A DNA stretch of 64,000 nt from Octopus vulgaris (GCA_951406725.2 OX597818.1:16988001-17052000); one strand, 5' to 3'. Numbered from the stretch's first letter, positions 1 through 13,539 are shown. Notes: generated by a model not told the origin, from the sequence alone. Program-made: numbers and translations.

Positions 1-813
1 TTTATAATATATAAAAAAATTATTTCATACATGTTTATTAAGCTGCAAAACAATTGTTAAATACAAATATCCATTGGTAAAATAAATTTTATCATAGTAT
101 ATTTCTCTATTTATAATTTTATAGACTCCTTGAGTTTTTCTTTTGTATCGTACTATATATGCTAAAGTGTTTTGTAGAATGATATATGAAAGAGCTTTTT
201 CCATGAGTACCACCAGATTATTTGAATCCAGATATAAACTACAGCAAAAAACATGACTGTATAATATTTGGAAAAGAAATTATTTTAATGTTTGCTGTCA
301 TCATCATTTTAACTTTCACTTTTCTGTGCTTCAAAGGCCAGAAGTTTGTTGATGCAGATTTGTTCTTCCTGTCATCAATCCACAACTGCTTTCATGAAGA
401 TTACAAATAAACGGCATTGCTTAGATAAATGGTAACCATTTCAGGAAACAAATATCAAGTAGAGAAGACACAAACACAGACTTACATATATCTTTCTCTT
501 TTATATATATATTATATATAAAACCACTATTAGGCAAATCAAACAGTGAAAATCATAAGCCAATACATAGAAATAAAATTAATTAAAAAATATATAAAAA
601 ATATAAAATTCCAAACTAAAATATTTAAATTAAAGTTAAAATTTAAAAAATTATTTAAATTAATAATTTAAACTTATAAATTTTAAATATATATATATAT
701 TTTATTATTATTATTTTATTTATTTATTTTATTATTATTATTTTTATTTATTTTTTTTTATTTATTTATTTTTTATTATTATTATTATTTATTTATTTTT
801 TATTTATTTATTT

Positions 814-844
<31 letters not shown>

Positions 845-1638
845 TTTATCTTTATTTTTTATCTATTTATTATTTTTTATTTATTTATTTTATTTATATA
901 TTTTTTTTATTATATAACTATCAAAAAGTATTAAAAGTTTAATATAAGATAAAGAGTATATATATTTTCACTTTAATGTCCACTTTCCCATGCTTGCATA
1001 GGTCAAATGGAATTCATTAAGGTAGACTTTTTTTTGCCAACTATTATTTACTTTCAAGTAAGGTAAAATTTCTCTATAACCTGACGTGTTTACAGGGAAG
1101 ATTGGAAATGAATGACCTCCCCCCCACTTAACATTAATTTACAACTATTAAGTATGTCAAAATAAGGAAACACAAACAACAGAGTTCTGCACAGTTTCTG
1201 TGAACCAAATTCATTTAAGTTATTGATTAGCCTGAAGCTAGAGTCAAAGACACTTGCCCAAGATGCCACACAGTGGGACTGAACCTGTAAACACTGGGTT
1301 GCAAAATGAACTTAACTATACAGACATGCTTGTGATAATTCAATTAACTGTTGATTCATCAATTTGCTCTTTCTGTTTTTCTTTTTGTCAAACAGTTATT
1401 TGAAATATATTCTCTTTTGTTCAGCTGTGAACATACCAACCCTGCCAATTTTAAAAAGCCATAATTCACATTAACTTGTAAGGCAAGTGCAACAGGTAAA
1501 AAAAAACCAAAAAAAAGCTGCAATATGATCCATTAATTTCTTAAACACCCATACAGCACTAAATGATCTCTGAATGTGCTTAGTCACTTGAAATGAAAGA
1601 AGGTTATAGTGTATAAACAAAGGCATTACGATACAAAC

Positions 1639-1697
1639 TTGTATTTACAGTGGTCCTCCAGTTTCACTTCCTCAGCTGGCTTTTTGCCTAAAGTGTC
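1639..1697 (-). CDS. POGLUT1: POGLUT1 exon 7 (59 nt); remaining exons lie left of the window
   Basis: ttgcag|DTLGKKPAEEVKLEDHCKY, then AA|gtttgt. The expected next exon (YLFNFRGVAAS...) was not found in 1-1638. Confidence 0.93.
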
Positions 1698-2715
1698 CTG
1701 CAATCAGACAATATTCCTGCTTAAACATTTATATTGTATTTCCATGTGATATGATTAAAGCATAAATTAATTGAAACTTTATAATTAAATCTGAAGACAA
1801 ACATTTAGATATAATTTTTCATTCTGGCTTGTAAATTCCCTATTAAAATTACATCATTATGAAGTGAGCTACTATCACATTTATAACTTACCTAGTCAGT
1901 TAGAGACCAGTATAGTATATATGTTTATACACACAAACAAACAAGAGAGCAGGCATCATCATCATCATCATTTAATGTTCACTTTTCTCTGTAACAAGGG
2001 TCAGACATAATTTGTCAAAGCAGATTTTCTACTACCAGAAGCCCTTCGTGTCACCAACATGATTGTTTCCAAACATGATTGTAAAGTAACTTATGTTGCA
2101 TTTAGCTGGGAGGTTGAACAGAAATTCATTATTAGTGATGGAAGCAATATTACTTCAAAAGAAAAACTAATACTGCTTCCATCACTAATAATAATTCTTT
2201 CTACTAAAAGTATAAGGCCTGAAATTTTGGGGGAGGGGTCTGGTCGATTACATTGATTCCAGTGTTTCACAGGTACTTACTTCATCGACCCCAAAAACAT
2301 GACAGGCAAAGTTGAGCTTGGCGGAATTTGAACTCAGAACGTAAGGACAGACGAAATGCTGCTAAGCATTTTGTCTGGTATGCTAACGATTCTGCCAGCT
2401 TGCTGTCTTTCAGTCACTAATAATAATCCTTCCTTACTAAAGGCACAAGGCCTGAAATTTGGTGGGAGGGGACTAGTCAGTTACATCGACCCCAGTGTTT
2501 CACTGGTACTTACAATGAAAAGAAAAATTCATTTAGCTCCATCCTTATCCAACAAAGTAAACATTTGTGACATTCTCTAAAGATCATTTAGAAAGAAGTA
2601 ATTATTGTTTGAATAATAAACATTTGGTTTATTTGATTAAATGTCACCTATGTGACACCAAGCACCCCTCCACACACACACACACACACACACACCCACA
2701 GTAATTACACCATAC

Positions 2716-2875
2716 CTCCATGGATTTCCAAGCCTGGTTCTTTGTATATTCAGCATCCACTAAATTTGGAGACTTTCGAGATAGCAAAATCAATGGATCT
2801 CTTTCAGAACTGGTACGAGACCCACGGAAGAAACCTTTGCTGATTTTCTTGTCCCAAGGTACTTCAGCAGCCTTT
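2716..2875 (-). CDS. POGLUT1: POGLUT1 exon 6 (160 nt)
   Basis: tttctag|A then [53 protein letters not shown]|gtatgg. Contains the FRGSRTS.ERD and [10 protein letters not shown] motifs. Confidence 0.97.
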
Positions 2876-3399
2876 CTAGAAAAAGATATAAAGTTGGGTG
2901 ACGGAAAAATATGTGCATGTGTAAAAAGAACATGTTTTAAATACAGAAGCAAGAGGGGTGGGAGCATAAATTTTAATAACCAACATGCAAGATTTTAATA
3001 ATTTCAGATTTAGGAACAGTTTCATGGGTAAGGTTTAGTCCATTATATCAACTCCAGTCCTTGACTGGCAATTTATTTCATCAAACCATGAAGAATGTAA
3101 AACAAAGTTCCCTTCAACAAGATTTGAACTGAGAATGTAAACTGCCAAAACAAATACTACAAAGCATTTTCCCCTGATTTTCTAATGATTCTGTGGTAAT
3201 TCACACTCTGACGGACATTTTAATAATAAACAGAGACTTTTTATAAATTAGGATGAAAGTGTGTAACCTTAGTAGAAACTCATGGTAACTTTGAAATATT
3301 TGGTGTTCTAGTTAGAGACGATTATGTTGTTGCTGTTTAAACTCCATGTGATCACAGACCTATGATCAAAGGCATTCCAGCTGTGACCATCTCGTCTTT

Positions 3400-3800
3400 C
3401 AAACATGTCTGGCAACTGACTTGGTAAACACCCACAAAATTATTAACCATCGTGTCAACAACCACCTTGATCACCTTTTGAGCTTCATGTGTCTAACACA
3501 CATGGTCATGCCTATAAAATCAGAAAACAGCAGAGCTCCCATGATTTTTGGAAACATTTCACACTCAGAGTTGCTGAAGCATGGAACAAACTAACTGCAT
3601 CAGTTGTTAGTTGCCAAGACATTGCAGCCTTTAAAACTTCCATGCTTCTTGAAATTCGCCAACACTACACTTGACATCCCCACTCAATAAGCATGCACAC
3701 ATGTATATCATGACTCATATACTGTTCACTTTCTTGACTTTTGTACATAATTCTATGCACTGTATATGCACCTTTGATGAGTTGTAGTGCACCTAAGCAC
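3400..3800 (+). mobile_element. CR1 LINE 3' fragment
   Basis: NTHGHAYKIRKQ...HFTLRVAEAWNKL...IAAFK is the typical CR1 ORF2 C-terminus. Confidence 0.75.
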
Positions 3801-6331
3801 AATACACAATAATTTCATCATTATTTTTATTTATCTCAGACTACATTACTCATCATGTTCTTGCTTTCTTTTTAAAAATGACAGGACTGTGAGTTGAGAA
3901 AATTTTGGCTGCTATTTCTAGCATGTTGAGTACAGACTATACATACAGGCTCATTCATTGGCTTGTGATAAACAGATTGTTGTTTAGCCCAACGTCAGCC
4001 TTAATTAAGTAGACCTAATTAAAGGCATTCCAATCTGTATTTTCCCCAATGTGAAAGGAACCAAAGGTGATATTATCCAATGTATCATTTTCTAAGCAAG
4101 TGTGGTCTCTTTACTGTTAAGAGGTACAAGGCAACCTCACTGGAGGTGGTGCTATAATATGCACCCAGTAAACTCAGTAAAGTGATTTAGCAAATGAGTA
4201 AAGACAAAGCAAGTTCATGGGTCACTTTAGTTTTGTCAAGGACAAGACAAACTCATTAGTGTTGGTGTCATGATAAAATGCATTCAGTACTCTTAGTATT
4301 GGGAAAGGGGTTGGTGTTTTGAAGGGCATCCAGCTACAGAAACCAAGCAAAAATGAACCATATAAGCAAGATGTGGTCCTTTGACTCACCTAAGAAAACA
4401 GCAACTCCCCAAAAAAGAGACTACAACTATGACAAGCCATCCAACACAAGTCAACGTGGAAAGCAGACACAAATTAATGGTGATGATAAGACAGCGTGAT
4501 TTTGAAGGAGATCAGCTGTTGTTTCTAGCAGATCTAGCAACCACAAACAGGCTTTCTTGTTGGCTTTGTCACTTACAGGACATCATATTTTGCTACAGAT
4601 GGTCACAGTTTGGGAAGGAAAGACTGGAAATAATGTAATATAGATTTGATGAGAACAGGACAGGTGGTTGTTTTAAAACCATTGTGTAACACTGAAAATC
4701 AATACATTGGTAAATAAAAGCTTGACAATCAGGTAAACAGATTTCTGTAATTTTGCACCCGAGAATGTTAGCACGTATCTACCCAACTGTACAGCAGTAC
4801 TCTACTGAGGAACACATTTTTGCATTATAGAGTGTAGTAGCAGATTAGGGCTGAAGTATTTTCTAGTATTAAAGACAAAGCCCAGCTACTGGCGTTCAGC
4901 TTTGGCTAGAACATAAGAGACAGTCTGACTAGCTTGTCAGGACTACGAGAGGCTACCTTCAAGATCTGTTTATGGATGCAGGACAAGTGTGGCAAGGTAC
5001 CTAAGTTGTATGTGCATGCTATGTACAAGTGTGTGTTTGTGTGTAAGAGACTAAAGGAGGAATGAAGGCTGGAATGATATACATAACTACCTACACAGTA
5101 TTGTTAGGTCACAATGAGCCAGTTATTCATGTAGAAACAATCTGAGAGATGTAACCAAGTCCAGAGGGTGGAGATGGGTAATTTGAGAGATACAACTAGG
5201 CCCAGAGTGGAGGGGTGCTATGTGAGAGATACGACCAAGTCAGAGTGTGTGTAGGGGGGGGGTTGAAGGATAAAGCCAAGTTCAGAGTTTGATAATGTGA
5301 GAAATACAACCAAGTCCTGAATGTGGCTGAGAGAGATAGAGAGAGAGAGAGAGTGAGTGACCAACATATGCTATAATGGTGCAATCTGGTTACCATCATT
5401 ATTGTTTAACACGTTTTCCAGGTTGGCATGGATTGAACAGGTATTTGGAAAGTAGGTTTTTATGACCTAGATCAGTGATTCCCAATGTCTAGGGCTCGGA
5501 AAAATTGCCATGGGGCATGAGATCCAAATTTTTTTATTTATTTTATTTAATGAGAGATAGAATTGAGAAAATCTTTTTTTTCTTGGTCCATAATGTACTT
5601 TTTTCTTGTACTCAGTACTTAATAAAAGAGTTACCGTTAGATTCTTTTGTATTAAATAGCTGTAATAAAATATTAAAAATAAAGTTGTTCTTTTCCAACC
5701 ACTGGTGGGGCTTACATTTTTCCATCGTGGGACCTGGGGAAAAATAGGTTGGGAAACCAGATGCTTTTCCTACATAGCAGACAGAAGTGGAAACCAAAGG
5801 TGAGTAATAAAGGTGAGGAATGTCCTGACACCAGACAATGCTGAAGGTCTGGTAAATGTCAGTAGCAGTTATAACTGCTTCCTTTTAATTCTCAAGGAGA
5901 TGCAGATCAGTGGAGACCATACCAATTTGTCAGTGAGAGGGTAATAAAATGCTTAACCTTTTAGTATTCAGATTACTCAATCAAATATAATACTTATTTA
6001 TTCACATTGTTTTGAATTAATCTTGTATTATATTGTAGCTTTGAAATTTCAATGATGTGACTGCTTAATTTTAGAAGGACGTTGTAGGGCAGGTGTAAGA
6101 AGCCACATCCCGTTAGTTTGAACATGAAGCAGGTGAAATATGTAGGCCTAGATATGACTGGTTTAAATGTGAAAGGGTTAAGACTATTTCCACCAGAAAG
6201 AAGAGGTAGGAAAAGATGCACAGATTGAGAGACTCAGACAGACAGACAGACAGACAGACTGGCTGGCTGGCAGGAACTGTGAATGGTGCATGAAGGTAGG
6301 TTTTCCAATTAAAAACAAAAATAGTAATTAC

Positions 6332-6453
6332 TGAGAAATGATCTTCCTTTGTTGATCCCATCTTCCAAGTCCTGTTGGATAGATAGGCCACACAGCAGGT
6401 CCACCTTCCCAAAATGTCCAAGCTGGATACATTATGTCCCAAAAATCACTCAC
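6332..6453 (-). CDS. POGLUT1: POGLUT1 exon 5 (122 nt)
   Basis: ttttag|[40 protein letters not shown], then CA|gtaatt. Contains the diagnostic [21 protein letters not shown] block. Confidence 0.97.
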
Positions 6454-7123
6454 CTAAAATAAAATGAGAAAAAAAAAAGCCAAAGAATTATAATATTGAT
6501 TTCAAATTTTGGCACAAGGCCAGCAATTTCAGCAGAGAATTTCAACCCCAAAAGGATGAAAAGCAAAGCTGTAGTCCTTCAGTTTTTCTAAGCCCTGCAA
6601 AAGAACTAGGAAGGCTGGGACTCCAGCCAGGCCTTTCACGATACCCTTGAAACCAGAAACTGTTCAGCCTCCCCTCCACCCCTGAAAGTATACCTAGAAC
6701 TACATTGTTGAATGTGTTGTGCCTTAAGTTAACCCTTTTGTGACCATATTTCAAAGAAAATATTGTCTATAATCTTCAATTAATTTTGAATATAAGTATT
6801 TGAAGTGGTATTCCCCAACTAAAATTCAATGAGAAATAGTGATAAATAAGCAAATTACATGCAAAGGCATTTCTAAATAACTTTTGTGCTTTAATTAAAA
6901 AACAACCCCGGCCAGACTTGTGTCTCAGAAGGGGGCTTTTAATCCAGATATGAAAACACAAAGTGCTACTTCAGCTTCACCTGCAAGTGATTGCTTCAAA
7001 CAAAACTTAAAAAGTATAATTAAGAAATACAACTATCATAACAAAAAGGTGAGATGATATAGGCTTACAAGTGTATGAAGATATGAGTGAAAATGGTTGA
7101 AATGAATGATTTTAACTACATAC

Positions 7124-7259
7124 CACTTTACTGAAGGAGAAAACTGGTAATGGGTCGAGAAACTTCTGTACCCTGGGATAGTCATGTACATTGATGACCA
7201 TTTCCATATCTGGAAGATCATCCAGTAGTTTCTTGATAAAGTGCTCCACACCACTGCAT
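7124..7259 (-). CDS. POGLUT1: POGLUT1 exon 4 (136 nt; alternative donor 3 nt upstream at 7127)
   Basis: ttccag|A then [45 protein letters not shown]|gtatgt. RCSGVEHF and the catalytic-region N.xDYP motif of the GT90/CAP10 family are present. Confidence 0.95.
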
Positions 7260-7919
7260 CTGGAAAGAAAATGAAAATAAAACAAAATAACAGTTAATAA
7301 CCCTTCATCAAAATGTTGAAAATCCAAGTTTTAAGATACATGTCACAGCTGTTCTGGGACGCATCAGGGATGTTTCTGGGGTGTCAAGGGGGTTCTGGGT
7401 CTTTCAACACGAGATTCCACCACTCACTTCTTCACCCAGTTAACCCATCCAGGATTGATCAAGTCCCAGCTTGCATCCCAGTAGCATAAAAAAAAATGCA
7501 GACACATCTCTCTCCTGTGGCAATTTTCTTTCTCACACTGTCCTGCAATCTGAAATACTTCAGGTCGTTGGTCCTGATGTCACTGGAACATTGGCAAACT
7601 TCTTTTCTGCTTCTCCCTTGGATATGTATACTTGTCGCCCAGCCTCCCTTCTGGCTATCTGGTACAGTTCCCTGCTACCCCCACTCTTCTAGGCTTTCCA
7701 AGCCTGTTTCTTTACTCTAATGGCCTTGTCTACCGTATTATTCCACCACCACGTTAATCTAGTTCTGGAAGGGACTTTGCACCAGCCACAGATTTGGTCT
7801 GTGGCACTCAGTAAGCTGTCCCGTAGGAATTTTCAGTTACCTTCTATGTCATAAGTCTGTAGTGCCTCCTCCCTCTCATCAAATTTCTCAGTAAGGAAGT
7901 CCCTGTAAATATATATATT

Positions 7920-8206
7920 TGGCCGAGTGGTTAGGACAGTGGACTCGCAGTTGTAGGATCACGGTTTCGATTCCCAGACCGGGCTTTGTGAGTGTTTATT
8001 GAGCAAAAACACCTAAAGCTCCACGAGGCTCTGACAGGGAGTGGTGGCGGTCCCTGCTGTACTCTTTCGCCACAACTTTCTCTCACTCTTTCTTCTGTTG
8101 GCCTGCTTGCTTAACCAGCCGGGTGGCGTTGTTTGAAGACTGAAACAATGTGAAGCGCATTGTGACCAGCGATGTGTAGCAGCATCTGATAGTCTGGTTG
8201 GTCACG

Positions 8207-8210
<4 letters not shown>
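7920..8210 (+). mobile_element. tRNA-derived SINE
   Basis: A box TGGCCGAGTGG and B box GGTTTCGATTCC followed by a non-tRNA body and (TA)n. Confidence 0.75.
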
Positions 8211-8240
<30 letters not shown>

Positions 8241-8243
<3 letters not shown>

Positions 8244-10041
8244 TCATCATCATCGTTTAGCGTCCGTTTTCCATGCTAGCATGGGTTGGACGGTTCTACT
8301 GGGGTCTGTGAAGCCAGAAGGCTTCATCAGGCCCAGTCAAATCTGGCAGTGTTTCTACGGCTGGATGCCCTTCCTAACGCCAACCACTCCGTGAGTGTAG
8401 TGGGTGCTTTTTACGTGCCACCCGCACTGATGCCAGACAGAGCTGGCAAACGGCCACGAACGGATGGTGCTTTTTATGTGCCACCGGCACGAGGGCCAGG
8501 CGAGGCTGGCAACGGACACGAAACGGGGCGGTGCTGGCAACGGTCGCGAAACGGAAAGTTCTCTTACATGCCACCGGCACTGGTAACACATCTGCAATTT
8601 CCATTGATCGATTTCCATTGATCGATTTCGATTCTGATCCTCACTTGCCTCAACGGGTCTTCACAAGCAGAGTTTTGACATGCCACCGGCACTGGTAGCA
8701 CATCCGCAATTTCCATTGATCGATTTCGATTCTGATCCTCACTTGCCTCAACACGTCTTCACAAGTAGAGTTTTGTGTCCCAAGAAGGGAAGGTATGCAT
8801 ACGTAGGCCGGCTCCATCCCATGTAGAAGGCCACGGGTTATGGACTCACTTGTCCTGCCGGGTCTTCTCGCGCACAGCACACTTCCAGAGGTCTCGGTCT
8901 CTAGTCATTTCCTCAGTGAGACCTAAAGTTCGAAGGTCGTGCTTCACCACCTCGTCCCAGGTTTTCCTGGGTCTGCCTCTTCCACAGGTTCCCTCAACCG
9001 CTAGGGTGTGGCACTTTTTCACACAACTATCTTCATCCATTCTCGCCACATGACCATACCAGCGCAAACGTCTCTCTTGCACACCACAACTGATGCTTCT
9101 TAGGTCCAGCTTTTCTCTCAAGGTACTTACACTCTGCCGAGTGTGAGTACCGGCATTACACATCCATCGGAGCATACTGGCTTCATTTCTAGCGAGCTTA
9201 CGCATATCCTCAGCAGTCACGGCCCATGTTTCACTGCCATGTAGCATGGCTGTTCGTACACACGCATCATACAGTCTGCCTTTCACTCTGTGCGAGAGGC
9301 CTTTGTCACCAGCAGAGGTAAGAGCTCTCTGAACTTTGCCCAAGCTATTCTTACTCTAGCAGTTACACTTTCAGCACACCCGCCCCCGCTGCTGACTTGG
9401 TCACCTAGGTAACGGAAACTATCAACTATTTCTAGTTTTTCTCCCTGGAAAGTGACGGAAGTTGGTCTCAGAGCATTTTCAGTGTTTATTGTTCCTGAGC
9501 ATCTGCCACATACAAAAACCATCTTCCTAGTTAGCCTTCCTTTGACATTGCTGCATCTCTTATGTGTCCATAGCTTACACTTGGTGCATCTTATAGAGTT
9601 TCTACCTACACCTTTTCTACAGATCGAGCAGGGCCATCTACCTGAAGGTGTTTGTGATTTGTCTACCTTCCTACTGATTACGACTTTGGTTTTAGCTAGA
9701 TTGACTCTGAGGCCCTTCGATTCTAATCCTTGTTTCCACACCTGAAACTTCTCCTCCAGTTCTGATAGCGACTCAGCAATTAGAGCAAGGTCATCAGCAT
9801 AGAGGAGCTCCCAAGGGCATCCTGTCTTGAATTCCTCCGTTATTGCCTGGAGGACTATGATAAATAGGAGGGGGCTGAGTACTGAGCCTTGGTGGACTCC
9901 TACCTCTACCCGGAATTCTTCACTGTACACATTTCCAACCCTCACCCTACTAGCGGCGTCCCTATACATGGCCCGCACAGCTCTCACTAACCATTCATCT
10001 ATCCCTAGTTTCCTCATTGCCCACCAGATAAGGGATCGGGG
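8241..10041 (-). mobile_element. RTE-clade LINE, 5'-truncated, young; RT C-terminal half with a PHD-like finger, 3' UTR and (GAT)n tail
   Basis: ORFs 9283..10017 and 8846..9343 contain GVHQGSVLSPLLF, LLYADD, FRYLG, RRLRWYGHV and GRGRPRKTW. A single 1-nt frameshift lies near 9300. Flanked by TA repeats. Confidence 0.95.
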
Positions 10042-10800
10042 ATATATATCGTATCATACAGACAAGAAAGTAATATTTCAAACACAGTATAGCCATGAAA
10101 ACAGCAGGAAGATTAGGTATTTTACTCTTGTACGATAGAAAAAGTTGTTATATATGTCACCATAATTTAATGTCCCATGTTCCATGCTAGCATGGGTGGG
10201 ATGTACCACAAGAGCTGGCCAGGTTGAAGCCTGCACCAGACTTCTGTGATTGTTTTGGCAGGATTTTTACAACTGGATGCCCTTCCTAACACCAACCACT
10301 CAGCAGAGTGGACTTTGTGCTTTTTATGTGACACAAGCACAGGTGAGGTGAGTAGTGTTTTTTTACATGGCACAAGCACCAGCGAAGTCAGTTTTGGCAA
10401 GGTCTTTACAGCTGGATGCCCTTCCGAACACCAACCACTTTACAGTCTGGACTGGGTGCTTTTAAGTGGCAAGACAAAAAAAACTTTTAAGAGGGGAGGA
10501 GGCATTGGAGGAGGTGATGAGACAAACACAGGTGTCTTACTGTAGAGGAAGTACAAGGTTACCCAGCTGGAGAGAGAAAGATCAGGAATGAAGACAAAAA
10601 CAGGTGTGCTACAGCAAAGAAAATACATGGTTGCCCAACTTGAGGGAAGTGCAGGAGAAAATAAGAGAGAGAGAGTGGAGGGGGGAACTGTATGATGGAG
10701 ATGGTGGAAAAATGCTTGACATACAAGGAATGGGAATCAGAATATAAATGAGATGGTTGAATAAAGGAAGAGATATAGATAGTGGCAAGTGCCAGGGCAT

Positions 10801-10829
<29 letters not shown>

Positions 10830-10839
<10 letters not shown>

Positions 10840-11004
10840 GAATTAAAGATAAAACCACTATTATGCAACTCAAACAGTGATAGACATAAACCAATACATA
10901 AATAATAAATATAATATATATTTATTATACTTTTATCAAATATTATTAATATTTATTTATTATACTTATTATATTATATTTATCATTCATTTTATACTTA
11001 AAAA

Positions 11005-11038
<34 letters not shown>

Positions 11039-11125
11039 TATATTTATTATTTGTTATTTATGTATTGGTTTATGTCTATCACTGAGTTGCATAATAGTGG
11101 TTTTATCTCTAATTCATATTTTATT
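10830..11125. repeat. Inverted repeat (about 85-bp arms) of a Penelope pLTR-like family also seen at about 520 and 42340
   Basis: AAAACCACTATTATGCAACTCA..GTGATAGACATAAACCAATAC and its reverse complement around an AT-rich spacer. Confidence 0.75.
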
Positions 11126-11196
11126 TATACTGTGAAATTTGATTTAATACTAAATTGGATTTTTCCATGTAAGTTTGGAGTTATACTCCCTAATAT

Positions 11197-11227
<31 letters not shown>

Positions 11228-12814
11228 ATAAAGGTTTTGAATTTAGTAAAGAGATTCCTGAAAGTGAAGATCAACATTATACCATAAACTTACTGTTAAA
11301 TACAACCTGCACAAAGATTAACTCAGTAAACCTACCTAGGAGAGAAGTGTGAGAAAATGACGGGACAAGTCTGCTTATGAGTAACAACATCATCTAGTGG
11401 AGGTGGGGTATAGCTCACGAGTTTTAATCTTACCTTGAGAGAGAGAGAGAAGGGAAGATAGAGATGAGACAAGTGATGTACATGATATATAATAGTACAA
11501 GTATAGTATTACTAAGCATGATGACTAATGTAAACCAGTTGAAACTAATAGCAGTTAGTAAAAGATAGGATCTTGTTAGGTGACAGGGTAGTGACATTAT
11601 TAGAGGTGACAAATTTGGAAGGAGGGTAAAAAAATTGCAAGTAACTTTATCTGGAAACAAAGAAAAATAAATATGACTGTCAAAGAAAGAGGATTAAGAC
11701 ATCTTGTAAGAATTGTTAGCAGACAAGGCAAAATGCTTAGTAGCATTTCTTCTGCCTTTATGCTTTGAGTTCAAATTCCACTGAAGTTGACAGCTTTCAT
11801 TATTTCAGGCTCAATAAAATAAGTACCAGTTGAATTCTGGGGTTGAATTCTGCAATTGACTATGTCTTTCTCCAAAATTGCTGGGCATGTGCCAAAATTT
11901 AAAATCAATACTTGAAATGAGAAGTATGAAAAAAAGCGTTAATTATTTAAGTGGAGTTATTTGACAGAAACTTTAGCAGATCAAAGAAAATATCCTATGG
12001 AATTTAGTTACAGGTCTTTATATTTTGAGTCCGAAGTCCAAATTCTGCCAAAGTTATTTTTGCCTTTTATCCTTCTAGGGCCAAAAAGGCAAGCTCTGTT
12101 GACAATTCTTGTCAACAAATTGTCCACTAACTCTAGGTTTTTAAATTCCTCTGAAATGGAAAAAAAAAACACAAAAAAAAAAAACTAAGGGCTGGTGACA
12201 AGAAGAGCACCAAGCCATACGAATATTGCTCAAGTAGCTCCCCATCTAAACCTAGCATGGAAAAATGGACAACATAACATGAATGAACAAAAGAAAGCAA
12301 TAGTTTCTTTCATATATCATCATATGGATTCTAAATTTTCAACTACATATTTAAAAAAAAAATATATCAGTAATTTCTTAATTGACCTTTATTATGATAC
12401 AGTTAAAACCATTAAAAACCACTGATGTAAGTCAATATAGAGAAGCAAGCATAAGAGACAGACAGACAAAATAAAGTTCTGCTTTATACCAGGACATGAA
12501 TCAAAATAAAAGCAGATTCATTTCTGATGAAATAAAGCAAGTAGTAGGCTAAATAAAAACAACTATATTTTTATTGAAAGACAATTCATAGGTGGCCTGG
12601 TTGTCTAATAATCAATGAGAAAATTAGCTATGTATGAGGGTACTGAAATAAAAAGTCAAAGAAACAGACCCATTCTTCATTCTGAAAGAATTCAAAACTG
12701 AAAGCTTAGAGAGTCTTCTGTATGTGGACAAACCTAATTTCCATTACAAAGTCAAAAGAGTGGTAAATTCAAAAGGTTTGAAACATTGTCAAAAAACAAT
12801 CTTGGGGAACAATT

Positions 12815-13091
12815 TGGTGTTCAACATGACATCTACATGCTTGACCAACTGATTAGAAATATCAGCCAAATCTCTTTCAAATGATGTCCTGCCATCTTAG
12901 ATATATTGAGATAATTTAGTTCTTGATAAACAAAAAAAAAAAAGATGGGACTATCCCATCTTTTTTTTTTTTGTTTATCAAGAACTAAATTATCTCAATA
13001 TATCTAAGATGGCAGGACATCATTTGAAAGAGATTTGGCTGATATTTCTAATCAGTTGGTCAGCATGTAGAAGATGTCGTGTTGAACACCA
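12815..13091. repeat. Long near-perfect palindrome (about 137-bp arms, 3-nt loop)
   Basis: Centre GATGGGA-CTA-TCCCATC at 12944-12960; the inner region of about 105 bp is perfectly complementary. Confidence 0.95.
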
Positions 13092-13338
13092 TGACCAGTT
13101 GATATACACTGATATCACCTTGTTAGGTAGTGATACAGCATTAAGAAAACTTACGCTTTCTATTTTATTCCTTCAAAGAGATGGTTAGTGTAAGAGGTGT
13201 TGTGAAGTTTCAGTTAGTGTGAGAATTGGCAAAAGGAGAAAATGTTTAGGTTACATACAGAGATGTTCTTACATTAGCATCATTATATTAAGAAGGAAGA
13301 AAAAAGAAAGAGAAATGTGTGAATGAAAGAAAACTTAC

Positions 13339-13485
13339 CGGAATGGAAACATACATTCTTTTTCACGGTACAACTTGTTTTTTATAATCTGGTAATAGAC
13401 ACCCTTGTCTTTAGCTGCTTGCATCTCAGCCCTACTGATGCCCTTCTTCTCGTGCTCCCATACATGGAGATCATCATCAAGAACT
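13339..13485 (-). CDS. POGLUT1: POGLUT1 exon 3 (147 nt)
   Basis: tttttctag|A then VLDDDLHVWEHEKKGISRAEMQAAKDKGVYYQIIKNKLYREKECMFPF, then CG|gtaagt. Contains the YQI...LYR...CMFP motif. Confidence 0.95.
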
Positions 13486-13539
13486 CTAGAAAAAGAAAAA
13501 GAACACACAGGGGATAAATACTGCAGAGTGTAACAGCTA

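Noticed and set aside
7920-7985. tRNA gene
   Set aside because: A and B boxes are present but there is no complete cloverleaf and it runs into a SINE body.
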